From: the human T2T-CHM13v2.0 reference genome, Homo sapiens
DNA: 64,000 bases
Assembly: GCF_009914755.1 (NCBI RefSeq)
Contig: NC_060925.1
Direction: 5' to 3' (one strand)
In this document: positions 1 to 13,584 of the stretch, piece after piece
Layout of the letters: every line of letters starts with the position of its first letter
How positions within the stretch are numbered: position 1 is the first letter of the stretch
Notes under the pieces: model-generated
What the model saw: the letters and a program-made list of their open reading frames with translations, nothing else
Told to the model about the DNA's origin: nothing
The model's database searches: none
Program-made: the position numbers and the translations under genes

Positions 1-213
1 CATTCTCCTGCCTCAGCCTCCCGAGTGGCTGGGACTTACAGGCGCCCGCCAACATGCCCGGCTAATTTTCTGTATTTTTAGTAGAGACGGGGTTTCACCG
101 TGTTAGCCAGGATGGTCTCGATATCCTGACCTCGTGACCCGCCCACCTCGGCATCCGCCCACCTCGGCCTCTCTAAGTGCTGGGATTACAGGCGTGAGCC
201 ACTGCCCCCGGCC
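1..213 (-). mobile_element. Alu (AluY-like), cut by the window edge
   Basis: Antisense Alu with Y-type motifs (CCATTCTCC.., GTTAGCCAGGATGGTCTCG); ends ...CCCGGCC at 213. Confidence 0.95.
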
Positions 214-299
214 GAGCCACCTCTGTTATTTGTTCGGTAACACCTTACCTTATAGAATACGACTTATAGCTAACAATATATTTACCTATCTAACTTATT

Positions 300-462
300 T
301 GACTCTCAAAACAACTGCATGGGGTGGGTAGAAAAAAGGCCTTATTTCGATTTTTCACTTGAGGAAAGAATTTAGACTCTAAGAGATTAAGTGACTTGCT
401 TACGCCACACACAGAGAGGAGAGGTAGGAAAGGAACTCAAACCCAGGTCCTCTGACTCCACA
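300..462 (-). mobile_element. MIR SINE remnant
   Basis: Antisense MIR core (GAGGAAA..AGAGATTAAGTGACTTGC..CAAACCCAGGTCCTCTGACTCC). Confidence 0.75.
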
Positions 463-599
463 GCTGCGGCTGGTTTGTTCAATTATAGGCACACACTGCT
501 TCTTTGAGATTCTTGTCCTATTAGGTTAAAAATTAACCCAGCTTCTTTCCCCATATTTCTGTTGAAATTTATCTGATTAATGCAATCATAACCCTCCCA

Positions 600-1700
600 A
601 TTATTCAATCCAATGGACACTGTTTAATCTTTACCTTACCTGATGTCTAGACTTTAGCGTCTAGGACTACACCTGAAATTTCTTCTGTGTTTCTAGAGAC
701 TCTTTTCTGTCCTTTTTCTCCTCCTACATCTCAGATCATTCTTTCTCACTCTCTTTTACTGGTTTATCTTTCTTCTTTATACATTTAAATGTTAATGTAT
801 TTTGGCCATTTCTCATTTATGCACACTTCCTGTAAAATCTTCTCTCCTCCTAAAGAGTCAACTAATGCTTATTTACTGAAGGCGAATGTATATTCATTCT
901 TCTAGTCCAGATTTCTCCCCTTAGCTTCATGTCTACAGTTTCAACTACTAAATGGATATATTCATTTGAATATCAAACAAGCAACTCAAACTCAGTTATA
1001 TCCCAAACTAAACTTGTCATCCTCCCCACCAATTCCACTTTTCCATCTGCTTCTTACCTTAGTTAACAGTGCCACCATCCAGCAATACTCAGCCCGAAAT
1101 CAACCTTCAACAAAGGTGAATCACCGAGCTCTATTGGATCTATATTCTAAATATATCTGGTGTTTGTCCCTTCTTCATCCCTGCTAAAGTTCCTTTAGTT
1201 CAGGTCCTCGTTGCTTCTGCCTGAATTATTGCAATAGTCATTTAATCAGTTACCCTGCAATATGTCCATTCAGTCAATCTAATTGACGCACAGAAAAAAG
1301 AAGCCACAGGTTATGCCTGAGTCCTCAAGCACTAGCTACATTTTGATTTTCTACCCCCAATGAAGAAAGGGTATCAGGAGCATGGAGAAGCCTAACATGA
1401 GTGGGAAAGACATCATCATCTTGACTAAGTCTCTATGCAGAGAGACTTTTTTATCCAAAGCATGACCCCAAGCCATCCCCTAAACCCAACTACTGTGGTC
1501 CATAAGTGCTTATCATTTTTTACCTTGCTTTTTAGCACACAACACCTCTAAGCATTATGTTATTTATGTTCTTTATTGGATGTCTCCTCTACATTAACCT
1601 TCAAGACCTGAGGGATCCTGTCGTCTTCAGTACTATTTCTCAGGGCTGAGAAGAGTTCCTGGCTCATAGGAAGTGTGAGAGAAATGTGTATCAGTTGACA
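600..1700 (+). mobile_element. L2 LINE fragments
   Basis: CT-rich L2 3' region (CTCAAACTCAGTTATATCCCAAACTAAACT..) and L2 tail (CCTGGCTCATAGGAAG..). Confidence 0.65.
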
Positions 1701-2190
1701 TCCCTTCAGAAACAGAAAGGACACTTAAACTGGACAATTAAAGAAGATTTAATAGGGGGCCATTTTCCAAGGTGTGGACAGAGTTTAGGCAAAGTGACAA
1801 AAGGTCAGGTGGTCCTGTAGGCTGGTAACAGCCAGAAGCACTTCCACCCCTTGGTGAAGGGGTGAGGGAGGAAATCATGGAGAAGGCCGGAACTGGGAGG
1901 AAAAGCTGATAAGAGAAGCACATGACTGGAGCTGTGGCCTGCAGTAGAGGAAAAAACCAACCTGCAGTGGGAGCCAATCCAGCAGAGAAAGTGAGAGGAA
2001 AATGTCCTGACCTCACTGTCATCTTGCCTTCCAATTTCCTGCCCTCCCCTCATTGCCCTAACCTAGCTGGAAGCCAAGACAGCAAGGGAGCACATGAATT
2101 TGGTCTACAGTCCATGAAGATTGCCTTGGCGGGGACACGGCAGCTTGGAGAAGGATGGAAACAGATGTGGGGAGGCACGTGGAATATTTT
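1700..2190. mobile_element. Ancient LTR remnant, family uncertain
   Basis: AAACAGAAAGGACACTTAAACTGG..TTTAATAGGGGGCCATTTTCCAAGGTGTGG resembles old eutherian LTRs; appears to split the L2 tail. Confidence 0.5.
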
Positions 2191-2539
2191 GGCGTCTGTG
2201 TTGTAGGTGAATGAATGAAAGACAAGGTACGAGTGATCATCTTAAGTCTATTCTAATACGCGTAAAAATAGCATGTCACTCAAAACTGCATCCATTTAAC
2301 TATTATTAAAAAATTGCTTTATATGAAACTTCCACCCAATGCGTATACACTGTGGCTGAGCACTGTTTCATCAGTGTCCTGCTTACCCTGGCAGCAGCTC
2401 TTCTTAGATGCAGAATAACTTTTGGGCTCATTAGCCTGGCCCACTAAGGGAATCATGATTGGACCCCACTCCTTTTCCAGGCTTACTCCCTCTTGCCCTG
2501 AGCACTCTGCCCTTGCCTGCCCAGTGCTTTGGAAAAAAA

Positions 2540-2992
2540 GACCCACTTCAGTCCTTTGTGCTGCCATGCCTTTGCTCACGCTCTTTCTTTTGCCTATAAT
2601 ATGTTTACCCGAATCTTCTTTTCATCTTCCTTCTCTTGGCTAAAAATTCTGCTTTTTTTCCAGAATTACTTGCATATAACATATCTGATGCTTTCTATGA
2701 CACCTTATTCCAGTCTGTTTTATCGTCTTTGTTTAGGTCTTACTTTATTCCAAAGAGATTCAAGGTAGGGATCCTACAGAGTTAACATCTAGTTCATTTA
2801 GACTCTCATAACGCTTTGAAATGCCTTTATTCACATTGTCCTCCTTGTATTGTATTATTTTAAATTTCTGATACAAGATTGTGTTTGAGGTCAAGGACTC
2901 TGGACTTATTTACTATGAAACTCCAACATCTAGACAATGCCAAGTACATAGTACTTGGTGAACATATAATTGTTTAATGAACAAATGAATGA
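2540..2992 (+). mobile_element. L2 3' end
   Basis: GCCTTTGCTCACGCT.. plus terminal AATGAACAAATGAATGA. Confidence 0.6.
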
Positions 2993-3105
2993 CAAAAAGG
3001 AGGCTAAAATACCTAACCGTCCAGTAGGACTCCCACTCAATGGATTCTAAAGCTTTAGAATCCAAGAAATAAAGGAGAATTCATTTCCATGATTGTAAAA
3101 GCTGA

Positions 3106-3429
<324 letters not shown>

Positions 3430-4844
3430 AATCAAGTCATTCTTTAAGGTTCATTTATTTCTTGAAAATAAAAATAGTACAAGACTAAAACACCTAGAGA
3501 AGAAAATCAACAAATAGAGGGTGGAGATTTTAATAAAGCACCAAGGCATACCTCTTCTCATGTATTAGATACATTCGCCAACTATAAATTAGTATACAAA
3601 TATTAGTGACTTATCTTCATCATAGTCATTATCACCTGGTAAGAGATACAGTTAACTAAATTCTGAAAAAATGTTAAATATTTGCAATGAGGGTGGACCA
3701 ATATTAGAATAAAATATTCTGACCTTTCCTGGCGTTTGTGGCTTTTCCTCTGCAATCTTAACTTTTCGTAGACTTCATGTTTCAAAAGTTCACATTTTGG
3801 AAGCCAGGCAGACTCCTGAAATGGTGGAAGAGGGTGGGGAGGGGGAGGAGTGGGAAACAAGAAACATTTAGTGAGCCTGGAGAATGTTTGGAGGGCAAAA
3901 GTGAGGTATTTTACAAAGTCTATAGCAGCTCAGGTCTTCTTTAGTGTACTTTTCCTTCAGTATTTTTACTTTTATATTTCTTTTAAGATAAAGTGTACAT
4001 GCATCGGAATTCACAGATCTTAAGTGTACAAGTCAATGAATTTTGATAACTACATACACACATATAGCAAACATCCTTATTAAGAAATAGAACATTTCCC
4101 ACACCCCCGCAATTTCCCCTGTGCTCTCTTGCAATTAATCCCATCCTACACAGGCAGTCACTGTTCTGATTTCTAATACCATAGATTTGTTTTGTCTGTT
4201 CTTGAACTTCATATAGTATGTATTCATCTGCGTCTAGCTTGTGACTCAATGTAATGACTAGGAGATGCACCCATATTGTGTGTATCTGTAGTTTGTTCCT
4301 TTTAATTGCTGAGTAATATTACATTGCATGAATATACCACAATTTGTTTATCCATTCTCCTATTTAATGGCATGTGGGTTGTTTACAGTTTTGGGTTATT
4401 ATGAGTAAAGTAGCTATAAACATTCATGTATAAGTCTTTTTGCATACACATGCTTTCATTTTCTTTGGTAAATCTCTAGAAAGGATATTGCTGGGTAGGT
4501 GTATGTTTAACGTTGTAAGAACTCCAAACATTTTCCCAAAATGATTGTACCATTTTACCTTCTCATCAGCAATATACAAGAATTCCAGTTATACCATATT
4601 CTTGCCAACATATAGTATCATCAGTATTTTTAATTTTAGTCATTTTAGTGGGTGTAAAGGGGCATCTCACTGAGGTTAAACTTTTATGTCCTTGATGACT
4701 AGTGATGTTAAACACCTTTTCTGGTACTCACTGAACTTTTGTAGTGTCTGTTCAAATCTTTCTGCTATTTTTAATGCATGATTTGTCTTATTATTAAATT
4801 GTAAGACTATTTTATATATGCTGGATACAAGTCTTTTTCCAGAT

Positions 4845-4877
4845 GCACGCACATGCACACATACACACACACACACA
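4845..4877. repeat. Imperfect (CA)n microsatellite
   Basis: Seen directly in the sequence. Confidence 0.85.
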
Positions 4878-4932
4878 GAGTGGTGGAAGGATAGAATATT
4901 GAGACAATCACTTTACCAGTGCCTTTTGATGA

Positions 4933-5253
<321 letters not shown>

Positions 5254-5923
5254 GTTTTTACTTTTTATAAAGTTGAATGTATCATTTTTCTTTTATGATT
5301 AGTGCTTTTTGTATCCTCCCTAAAATATTATTTTCTGGACATGAAAGTCATGAAGATATTCTTCCACATTTTAATTTAGAAAATTTATAGTTTCAGCTTT
5401 CATGGTTATGTTTATGATCCATCTCAAATGACTATTATTTGTGCATTGTGTAAGGTTGTGATCAATGTTCATTTTACTTTTTCATACAGATATTTAGGTG
5501 TTTCAACACCAGTTTTTGAAAAGACTTTCCTTTTCCCATTGACTTGCCTTGGCATCTTTGCTAAAAAACAATTGAGCAGGTTTGTGTGGGTCTCTTTTTG
5601 GAACTCTTCATTCTGTTGCATTGACCTATTTGTCTGTCCTTTCATCATTATCACACAGTCTTGATTACTGTAGCTTTAGAGTAAATCTTCAAATCAGCAG
5701 ACAAGTCAAATCCTTTATTTTCTTTTTCAAGATTGTTTTGTCTCTTTTAGGTTCTATTATCATATACATTTTAGAATCAACATGTCAACTTCTGAAAAAA
5801 AAAGGCTTTTTCTTGCCAATGAAGGCATATTTGACTGTGATTTTATTGAATCTCTAGATCAGTTTGAGGGAGAATTAATATCTGAATAATATTAATATTC
5901 AATATAGTAATATTGATAGTATT

Positions 5924-6206
5924 GGTCAGGCACGATGGCTCATGCCTTTAATCCCAGCACTTTGGAAGGCCCAGACGGGAGGATTGCTTGAGCCCAGCAG
6001 TTCTAGACCAGCCAGAGCAACATAAGAAGACCCGGTCTCTACATACAATTAAATTAGCTGGGCAGGGCATGTGTGTAGGATCACTTGAGCCAGGGTGGTC
6101 GAGGGCGCAAAGGAGTGACCACAGCTCACTGCAACCTTGACCTTTCTGGCTCAAGCGATCCTCGACCCAGCCTGGGCAACAGAGCAAGACCTTGTCTAAA
6201 AATAAT
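5924..6206 (+). mobile_element. AluJ with rearranged right arm
   Basis: J-type GGAGGATTGCTTGAGCCCAG; TSD AA(T/C)ATTGATAGTA(T/G)T at 5909 and 6207. Confidence 0.9.
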
Positions 6207-8759
6207 AACATTGATAGTAGTGATAATAATATTGAATTTTTAAATACAAGATTGTGTGATACATCTTCATTTGTCTTCTTTAGTTTCCCTGAGAAATATT
6301 TTGTAATTAGCAATATAGTGGTCTTACACACCTTTTGTTAAACTTATTCATACATATATAAGTTTTAATGTTATTTTAAAAGTAACTTTAAAATATGATT
6401 TTCTAGTTTTTTGCTTCTAGTACATATAGATACTTATTTGTTATTTCTTCTCTTAAGGGGCATTTTTGAAAGCAGACTTGCTTGTGAAAATTTGACTTAG
6501 AAGAACTTGGTGTTATCTAGCAAATGAGAAAAAAATCCATTTGATTTCATAACCTAAAAGTAGGCTGAAATAGCAACATGATTCTTAACATTATAAATCC
6601 TAAACACAAGGAATGGAGATGACTTTTTTTAGGTGTATCCAGCATCCTCCACTTCCTCCACAGCAGCCAGTGTCATCTCTGACATCTACTTTCAGGAGCC
6701 TCCTGTTCGAGTTTCTGTTTCTCATATACATGTAGGACAAAAAGAAGGCTGTATTTTCATTAGTCACATGTAACTGTCCATGTGGGTGACCGTGCAGTTC
6801 AGTGGTCTAATTCCTTAACCAAAGATGCCACTGTGGTACTGCATGATTTGTGACAGATTTAATTTTTAAGCACTGGGAAGCACACTGCAAATAATCATCT
6901 GAAACTATTCTGGCACACATCCGTGGATATAAAGTTTCTGGGAAGCTAGAGTATGCAGCTATGCTTTTTAATTTCTTAAACAGATTAAATGCAGAATTGA
7001 TAACAAATGAACAGCAATAAAGAGGAAATTCTTTTTAAAAAAAGCCCCAAAACACTTTATGAAATATTTAACTCTGTGGTCACGGTATTTATGATAATCT
7101 CAGCTTGTACAACTTTGGAACTCCCTTCTAGAAGAAAACATATTGTTTATAGGTTGTGTATGCCTCAAAGACACCTGGACTTTCAAAAGTCTTCTTTCTT
7201 TTGGAATATAATCTCTGGGTGAGAAAGTGAAATTGTCAATTCCAAATAAGTTTGAATTTGTTGCCACATTCTCCTCTGAAGTGTAATCGTGTACTTATAC
7301 TGCAAAATACCAAAGTTAGGAGCCATCAGGGCTTTCGTAAATAAACTCCTACACCTTCCTTGGAGATATTGAACAGAATCACTGAAAATTCAATCCTTGA
7401 GATTCTCATCCATTTGACATACTCTGTGTTTGGGTGAACTGACCTTATATCCTCAAATAAAGTGTCCCACTAAATACTAAAGAAGACTTTCATTCTTTAC
7501 AGTATAATTGTATAATTTGCTTCTTCCCATCATAAAATATCTACATGAAAACACCACAGAGAATTTATTATACTATTCTATGAAGTAATATTCAGTGATT
7601 CACTTTTCATTCTCAGAGGTTGTATTGTTACTAGATACCTCAGTAAAGGCAGAATTGCAATAAGCCATCCATTCAGTCTGGTGATGTTTATTTAGCTTCT
7701 TTTAGTTTATCCTCTAGAGAATCTTTTGATTCCTAAGAGACAGCAGACATAATTTCATCAGCAGGGATTTAGAGCAAATTAGGTTTAATAAACATAGAGT
7801 TGAAATTTTGCCATTGTACTTTCTAAATAGCCATTCCAATTTGCCAATACAGCATAGATTAGTTTGAGGATGATTTCAGACTCCCCTGTTGAGAGTTTTA
7901 CATATGTAAAATCTCTTTAAGGTCAGAAGTTAAGTGTGCATAGTTACAAAAGGCTTTTGGCCTCATAGGGTAATAATACAATTTTATGGTCTAGGTTAAG
8001 AATGCTCTTCCCAGTTATTAAGACTGAAGAATGCACCTTGGACCCAGAGAAAACCTGCCCATAGAGTGAGAAACGTGGCTACTGCTCATATCCCAACAGC
8101 AGAGCTGCCACAGGGAAGGCAGAAGATAAAAGTAAGAAAAAGAAAACAAAAAAGCTTCCAACAGACAATTCACACATGTCACAAAAATCCACCCTCCTGT
8201 GTCTGAAGTCACACATATGTCTCTGTATTTCTATATTTAGGCTTATCTTTGCAATATCTTTGATTGTAGAAGCTATAGAGCTTTTTATTCAAATGGGCAT
8301 TTGCAAACGATATGTTTTCATTTGTAATATACGTCACTTCAAATCGTCCAGATAATATGAGCCCTCAGTACACAAATGTATGTGATTTTGGAATTGTCAA
8401 ATTAAAGCCTAATTTGATGACCAAATTTCCTTGTAAATGTAATTAGAAATACAAGGCATGAGGCAACCATACGGCAGCTCTAGCTGAGTTAAAACTATCT
8501 ACACATCCTAAAACTTTTACTCCTTTTCATTTGAATCATCCATGTCTTATATTTAAATATGTATTTCATTGCCATCAACAATAGACTCATTCTTGTGTTG
8601 TGCTGAGCTCTCTTTAAAAATGTCACATCTTTATAGTTTTTATCAAGGTTTTTATGAAGAATGTCACATGTCCACTGCTGATGGAAGAAAGCCACAAGAG
8701 CATTTGCAAAACTGGGTAAATATGTTGTGCTTGAGCTTGTGCATTAGTGAAGGTACCAT

Positions 8760-9135
8760 CAGTTGACATAATGCATAAGCCCCCATATCACAGTGGGTTG
8801 GTCATAAAGGGAGTTTATTTCTCTCCTACATGAGGTCTAAACTGAGTGCTTATGTCGAGTGGGGCAGCTCTCCTCTAAGTTGGAGGACTCCTTTCATCTT
8901 GTAGCTCTACTATCTTCAACTTGTGCTTATTAAAGTCGCTGTGCTAATTTGCATCAAGCTGGTGAATGTGGAAATAATATGATGAATACTACATGTAAAA
9001 TTTTTACAGGCCTGGCTGGGAGCTGGCATGTATCACTTTTGCTCACATCTCATTGGCTGGAATCATCACGTGGGCACATGTAACTGCAAGGGGGTGGGAA
9101 ATGTCATCCAGCTTGTGTCCAGGAGAACAGGGACA
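8760..9135 (-). mobile_element. MaLR LTR (MLT1K/L-like)
   Basis: TCACTTTTGCTCACATCTCATTGGC..AACTGCAAGGGGGTGGGAAATG is typical of old MLT1. Confidence 0.7.
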
Positions 9136-9330
9136 TGCTTATCATTAAAGATAGTTGTGTTAATTTCTTGTTATATCAAATTTAAAAGCTTAAGTGGAAC
9201 TCTTTAATAAAAACAACTTCAATAGAAAGCAGGAGGGTGAACATCTCTCTATCTCTGGTTTCACTAGACTTTCAAAGCTAAGCCTATTTAGTTATGTTTT
9301 CTGACATTCTTTGAAGAAATGCTCCTTTAT

Positions 9331-9515
9331 AGGTGGCATGGTATGGTCAAAAATAAAAAGGGACCCAGATTCATAAGATCTGGATTGTTTATCCCCCTCT
9401 GCTACAAATTGCTTGAGTGACCTTGGACAAGTCACTCTCTGGGCTTTGCTTTTTTCTCATCAGTAAAATGGGAACATTCGATTAGTTGATTGCTAGGGTT
9501 TCATCCAAAGGACAT
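9331..9515 (+). mobile_element. MIR
   Basis: GTGACCTTGGACAAGTCACT..CTCATCAGTAAAATGGG core. Confidence 0.8.
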
Positions 9516-10599
9516 TCTGTTATTCACTGACTTTTTTTTTTGTTTCCCTGTTTTTATAATATATCTACAATTACAAGAAGACTAAATGAATATTTAGTAT
9601 GTTAATTATATTCTGTGATAGAGCTATTATTTCTTTCAGATTATAAGGCTTTTGTGAGTGTTTGATAAAAGTTATTGCCTTTTATTTTCACTGTACACCA
9701 GGGCTTTTAAAGATTTACTCTCTTTCCAAAGTTCCTCACTGCCTATTCTTTGTGGCACAAAGGTTAACAAGCATACCACTTTTGCCGATATCTACTCATT
9801 AAATCGTTACAATCTTAGGTTTGCAGGATAAACTGGGTCATGAAGCTTACTGGCTGTCATCCGTGAGGACAGTGAGTGAGGAATTGAACTTGGGTCTTTT
9901 CAACTCCCTGCTGTCAAATTGCCTGTAGACAATAGATGGGATATTGCTTAACATTAAAATGTTTCCTGAAGGTCCTTGCCTTCTCTATATCCAAAAACAT
10001 CATAGAAAACAGATTTTCACAGTGAGAGTTCTTCCTTTTTCTCTAATTTATTTCCTCTTACATGGGTATAAATATGTGTGTATATATATATTTAAAATAA
10101 CCTACATGCTCTCCAATTTCCTTCTCCCTTGAGCATATTTTTGAAGCTCTGATATTCTCAATAGGGGAATGGATAGGATATTTTTTCCAACTGAATTCCT
10201 CCAGACTTTTTTTATTCTGCCTAATTCTTTACAAGAGCCTATGTTCCCATGTTAAAAAATTTACGTAGGACCAGACCTGGAAGTTCTCCCATAGAGTGGC
10301 AGAAGATGACATGCTGGCATGCTTCATTTTCTTGATCAGAGATTATACGATCAAGGTTTATCCACTTTAAAACATTTTCATTTTTGTTAGTGGGGAAACA
10401 CCAAAATCAACACATCACAACAAAGACTTAAGGGCCTGTTTCCTTTTGCAGGATAAGTATCATAATAAGAGGCCAGGGCCTTTCCCTTCAAAATTTCCCG
10501 AGAGTAGATATTTCTTTAATTCCCACTTGGCTCAAGGGAATGTAGATCTGGCCAAATACCTGGTTCCATGTTGTCTGCTTTTATCGAAGAACTTCAAAA

Positions 10600-10787
10600 C
10601 ACTTTGCCAATGCCAATTCATTCCCATCACACTTATAAGAAGTAATATTGTCCTCATTTTGCTAATGGGAAAACTGGGGCACAGAGAATATAAGTGACAA
10701 ATTCAGAGCGTGTGTTGAAGCACAGAATTGTACCCAGGGCTCTAGAGAACCAGACTCCTGCTCTAACAACTAGATAAGACTTCCTCT
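10600..10787 (-). mobile_element. MIR
   Basis: CCTCATTTTGCTAATGGGAAAACTGGGGCACAGAG antisense core. Confidence 0.75.
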
Positions 10788-12179
10788 GAGGCTGTGGATA
10801 GGGCTGACGTTTTTTAAAATGACGGTTTATTTTACTTTTAAGGCACAGAGAGACTGCTGAAGAGACAAGGGGATGAAAAAAATTTAATAAGAAGTCTTAC
10901 TTAGAACGTTGAATGATGCATGTTGTTAGAACTTGAAAATATCCCCCACCTGTAACAATTCAAGACGCTGAAAAGCTGTGAAACTATTAACCAACAACAA
11001 AATAGGAAATGAAAAATATTCATGGGGATTTTTAAAAATAGAAGTATCTTGGTCTAAATGCTAAATTTGAAAATGAAACCATCCCAGCTTCTTTTAAATA
11101 CATCTTCATTACTGATTCTCACCAATAAAAACATATTTGGATGCTTTCAACTAGACACGCTCTCTGCATCTATCTCTCCATCAGGATATTCCCAGTGTGA
11201 CCTTTGGCATTTGATACTTTCATATGGACAAGCTAGGCTGTGTACTAAACAAAAACCAAAATATGCCAAATGTGATGAACCATTTCAGTTTTGAAAACAT
11301 TAGCTTAGGTAAGCTTTCTCAACAATAAGACATTAATAATCTTCTGTGCATGATATGAAGCAACTTTTAATGATTGATTAATAGCTCTCTGATGCAAACA
11401 ATGATAACAATGAATGTACATGTTCGTTGTTGTGTAGGCAGATAGATCGTGATCCAAATAAAAATTACCCTATAATTAATAAACAAGCACATGCAAAATG
11501 CAAATGTGCCTGTAGCCCTTAGAGCCAGTGGAAGTATAAAGTTTGGTAAGTATTTTTAATTTTACTGAGAGCAATCACTTATAAGATGAGAAATGAGAGA
11601 CAAAAGAGTGGCTTTGTCAGAAGAATGTACTTTAAAAAACTTGTCCAACAAAATCATGCAAGTAGGCAGATTTTCATGGACCCCTGGCTGAAAAAAAATA
11701 TTCTGAGCTTCAAGAGAATTAGGCAATCTACCCAAAATACATATTATGCCTTGTTTATCTTAGTTTTCTTTTCATTAGAAAACGTGTATTAACTGAGAAG
11801 TTCTGAGTTAGTCTCTTGAAAGGCTGATACTTGTGCCCTTTGATTGTGAAAGCAGTTAGAGGAAGTGATAGCTTAGGCCTGGGTGACCATGAGAAGCATG
11901 GGGTGGTGAGGTCCATACAAAGAGTGGGGACCAGTAAGACCTGACGAATGTTTATGGGACTTTTCAAATCCATCGGGAAGAAAGAGGATACAGAACACAG
12001 CTGTTGGAATGATGCATAGAATTGTAAACGTTTTAGTAATTGTGTCATTGCCAAACTGTATTTTCTTCTGGCTTTACTCAGTAAAGTTCTACACAGTCCA
12101 GAGAAGCTCAATATGTAACAATGATAAAAATGATGGGACTTGCAAATTGACAGTGAGTTATATTGTAGTTTTTGTAAAG

Positions 12180-12365
12180 CAGTGTTTCTCAAAGTGTGGT
12201 CCCTGAACCAAGAGTATCAGCACCTGAGGATGTGTTAGGAATGCAGTTTCCTGGGCCCCAACCCAGACCTACTGAATCAGGAACTCTGGGAATGAGGCCC
12301 AGCGATTTTCATTTTAGCAAAACTTGCAGGTGATTCTGACCCACGTTAAAGTTTGGGAAGCACTG
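12180..12365. mobile_element. MER5A hAT-Charlie MITE
   Basis: Terminal inverted repeats CAGTGTTTCTCAAA..TTTGGGAAGCACTG; internal CCCAGACCTACTGAATCAG; 186 bp. Confidence 0.9.
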
Positions 12366-13379
12366 TTATAAGAATCAAGCAGGACTCATGGAGAGCCAAA
12401 CCAAATGGGATCTTCTTTAGGTTTAAGTCTTGGGATAAAGGCTGGGATAAAGGTTCTTTATTTGTAGATACGGGCATGGTCTAAGGACCAGCTACACTAA
12501 TTTTGAAAGGTCTTTAAATCAAATGCAAATTTGCATTAATTATCCCTCCTTGACCATTTTCCTGAGGTACACTCAGGGGTTAAGTGGTGGTGAGCCAGGA
12601 GCAGCCCAAACCAACTTCCCAGAGTACCCAGTGGAAAGACAACAAGCAGGGTCTTTGGCAACTTTTTTCTTGGCAAGGCAACCATGTCCCAACAAGAACA
12701 CCTCTCAATTTCCTTTCTAGCTGCTACTGAAGCCACAATTACACATGTGAAATGGACTAAGTATGTCTGGGTTAGACAAAGGGAGGTTTAGCAAGTCACA
12801 TTTTATACACTGTTTGGAGATTACCGATCCTTCAAATATTAGAATATCACATCCAATGTGAAATCTCTGTCTTATAGAAAGAGTCTGTGCTATAAATTTA
12901 AAATTACCCTAATATTAATAAGCCATTTTTGCATCTCTCTTCATTGGAATTTTTTCAGTGTTATCTTTGTCACTGCTGCAGAAAAATGCAGAAAAGAGCC
13001 CTAACTATGACAGCACAAGGGTGCTGTTGAACAACCAGTATAGGAGAGAGGCTGGAGTCTGCACCGTGACAGGCATTGGCTTATGGAGCAAAGGATCGGT
13101 GATGCCTTAGGAAAGGGACAGTGTAGTCTGAGCAGGAGAAGCCTTGGGGAATCAGGGAGGTGGTGATTTGTCAATGGGTGTGATGATTTGGTGCCTACGT
13201 GCTTCGTGACAGCCCTTACACAAGAGAAAGAAAATTGGCACTATTTTTTTAAAAGTACCATAGGATTAAAAGACTATCAGTATTGACATTTCAACCCCAC
13301 AGGTCTCTGTGTGCTATTTCTTTGATGGGGTCTGAGTGTAGCCTAGATGGTCTTTGCCTTTGTTTGGCAAGCTGTTTTC

Positions 13380-13584
13380 TCTTACCACAACAATAATTAC
13401 ATTGTATTGTAGGTATTTGTTTATTTGTCTTGGTCCTCCATTGGACTGTAACCTTCCAGAGCACAAGAGCTCACTATTTCTCTCTCCTTTCCTTCCTTTC
13501 TTCTTACATTGTCCTGGCATCTAGAGTGTATGGTATTGGTAGGTAATCAATAAATATTTTTGAATGAATGAATAAATGAATGAA
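13380..13584 (+). mobile_element. L2 3' end
   Basis: CAATAAATATTTTTGAATGAATGAATAAATGAATGAA tail. Confidence 0.8.

Noticed and set aside
3494-3635. Minus-strand acceptor and donor pair (GDNDYDEDK reading)
   Set aside because: An early stop follows, the next intron would be only 58 nt, and I recognise no protein.
8637-8715. Possible plus-strand exon (FYQGFYEECHMSTADGRKPQEHLQNW)
   Set aside because: Splice sites are mediocre, there is no recognisable homology and no partner exons.
11755-12192. 145-aa minus-strand ORF
   Set aside because: It starts inside MER5A and has no recognisable domain; a chance ORF.
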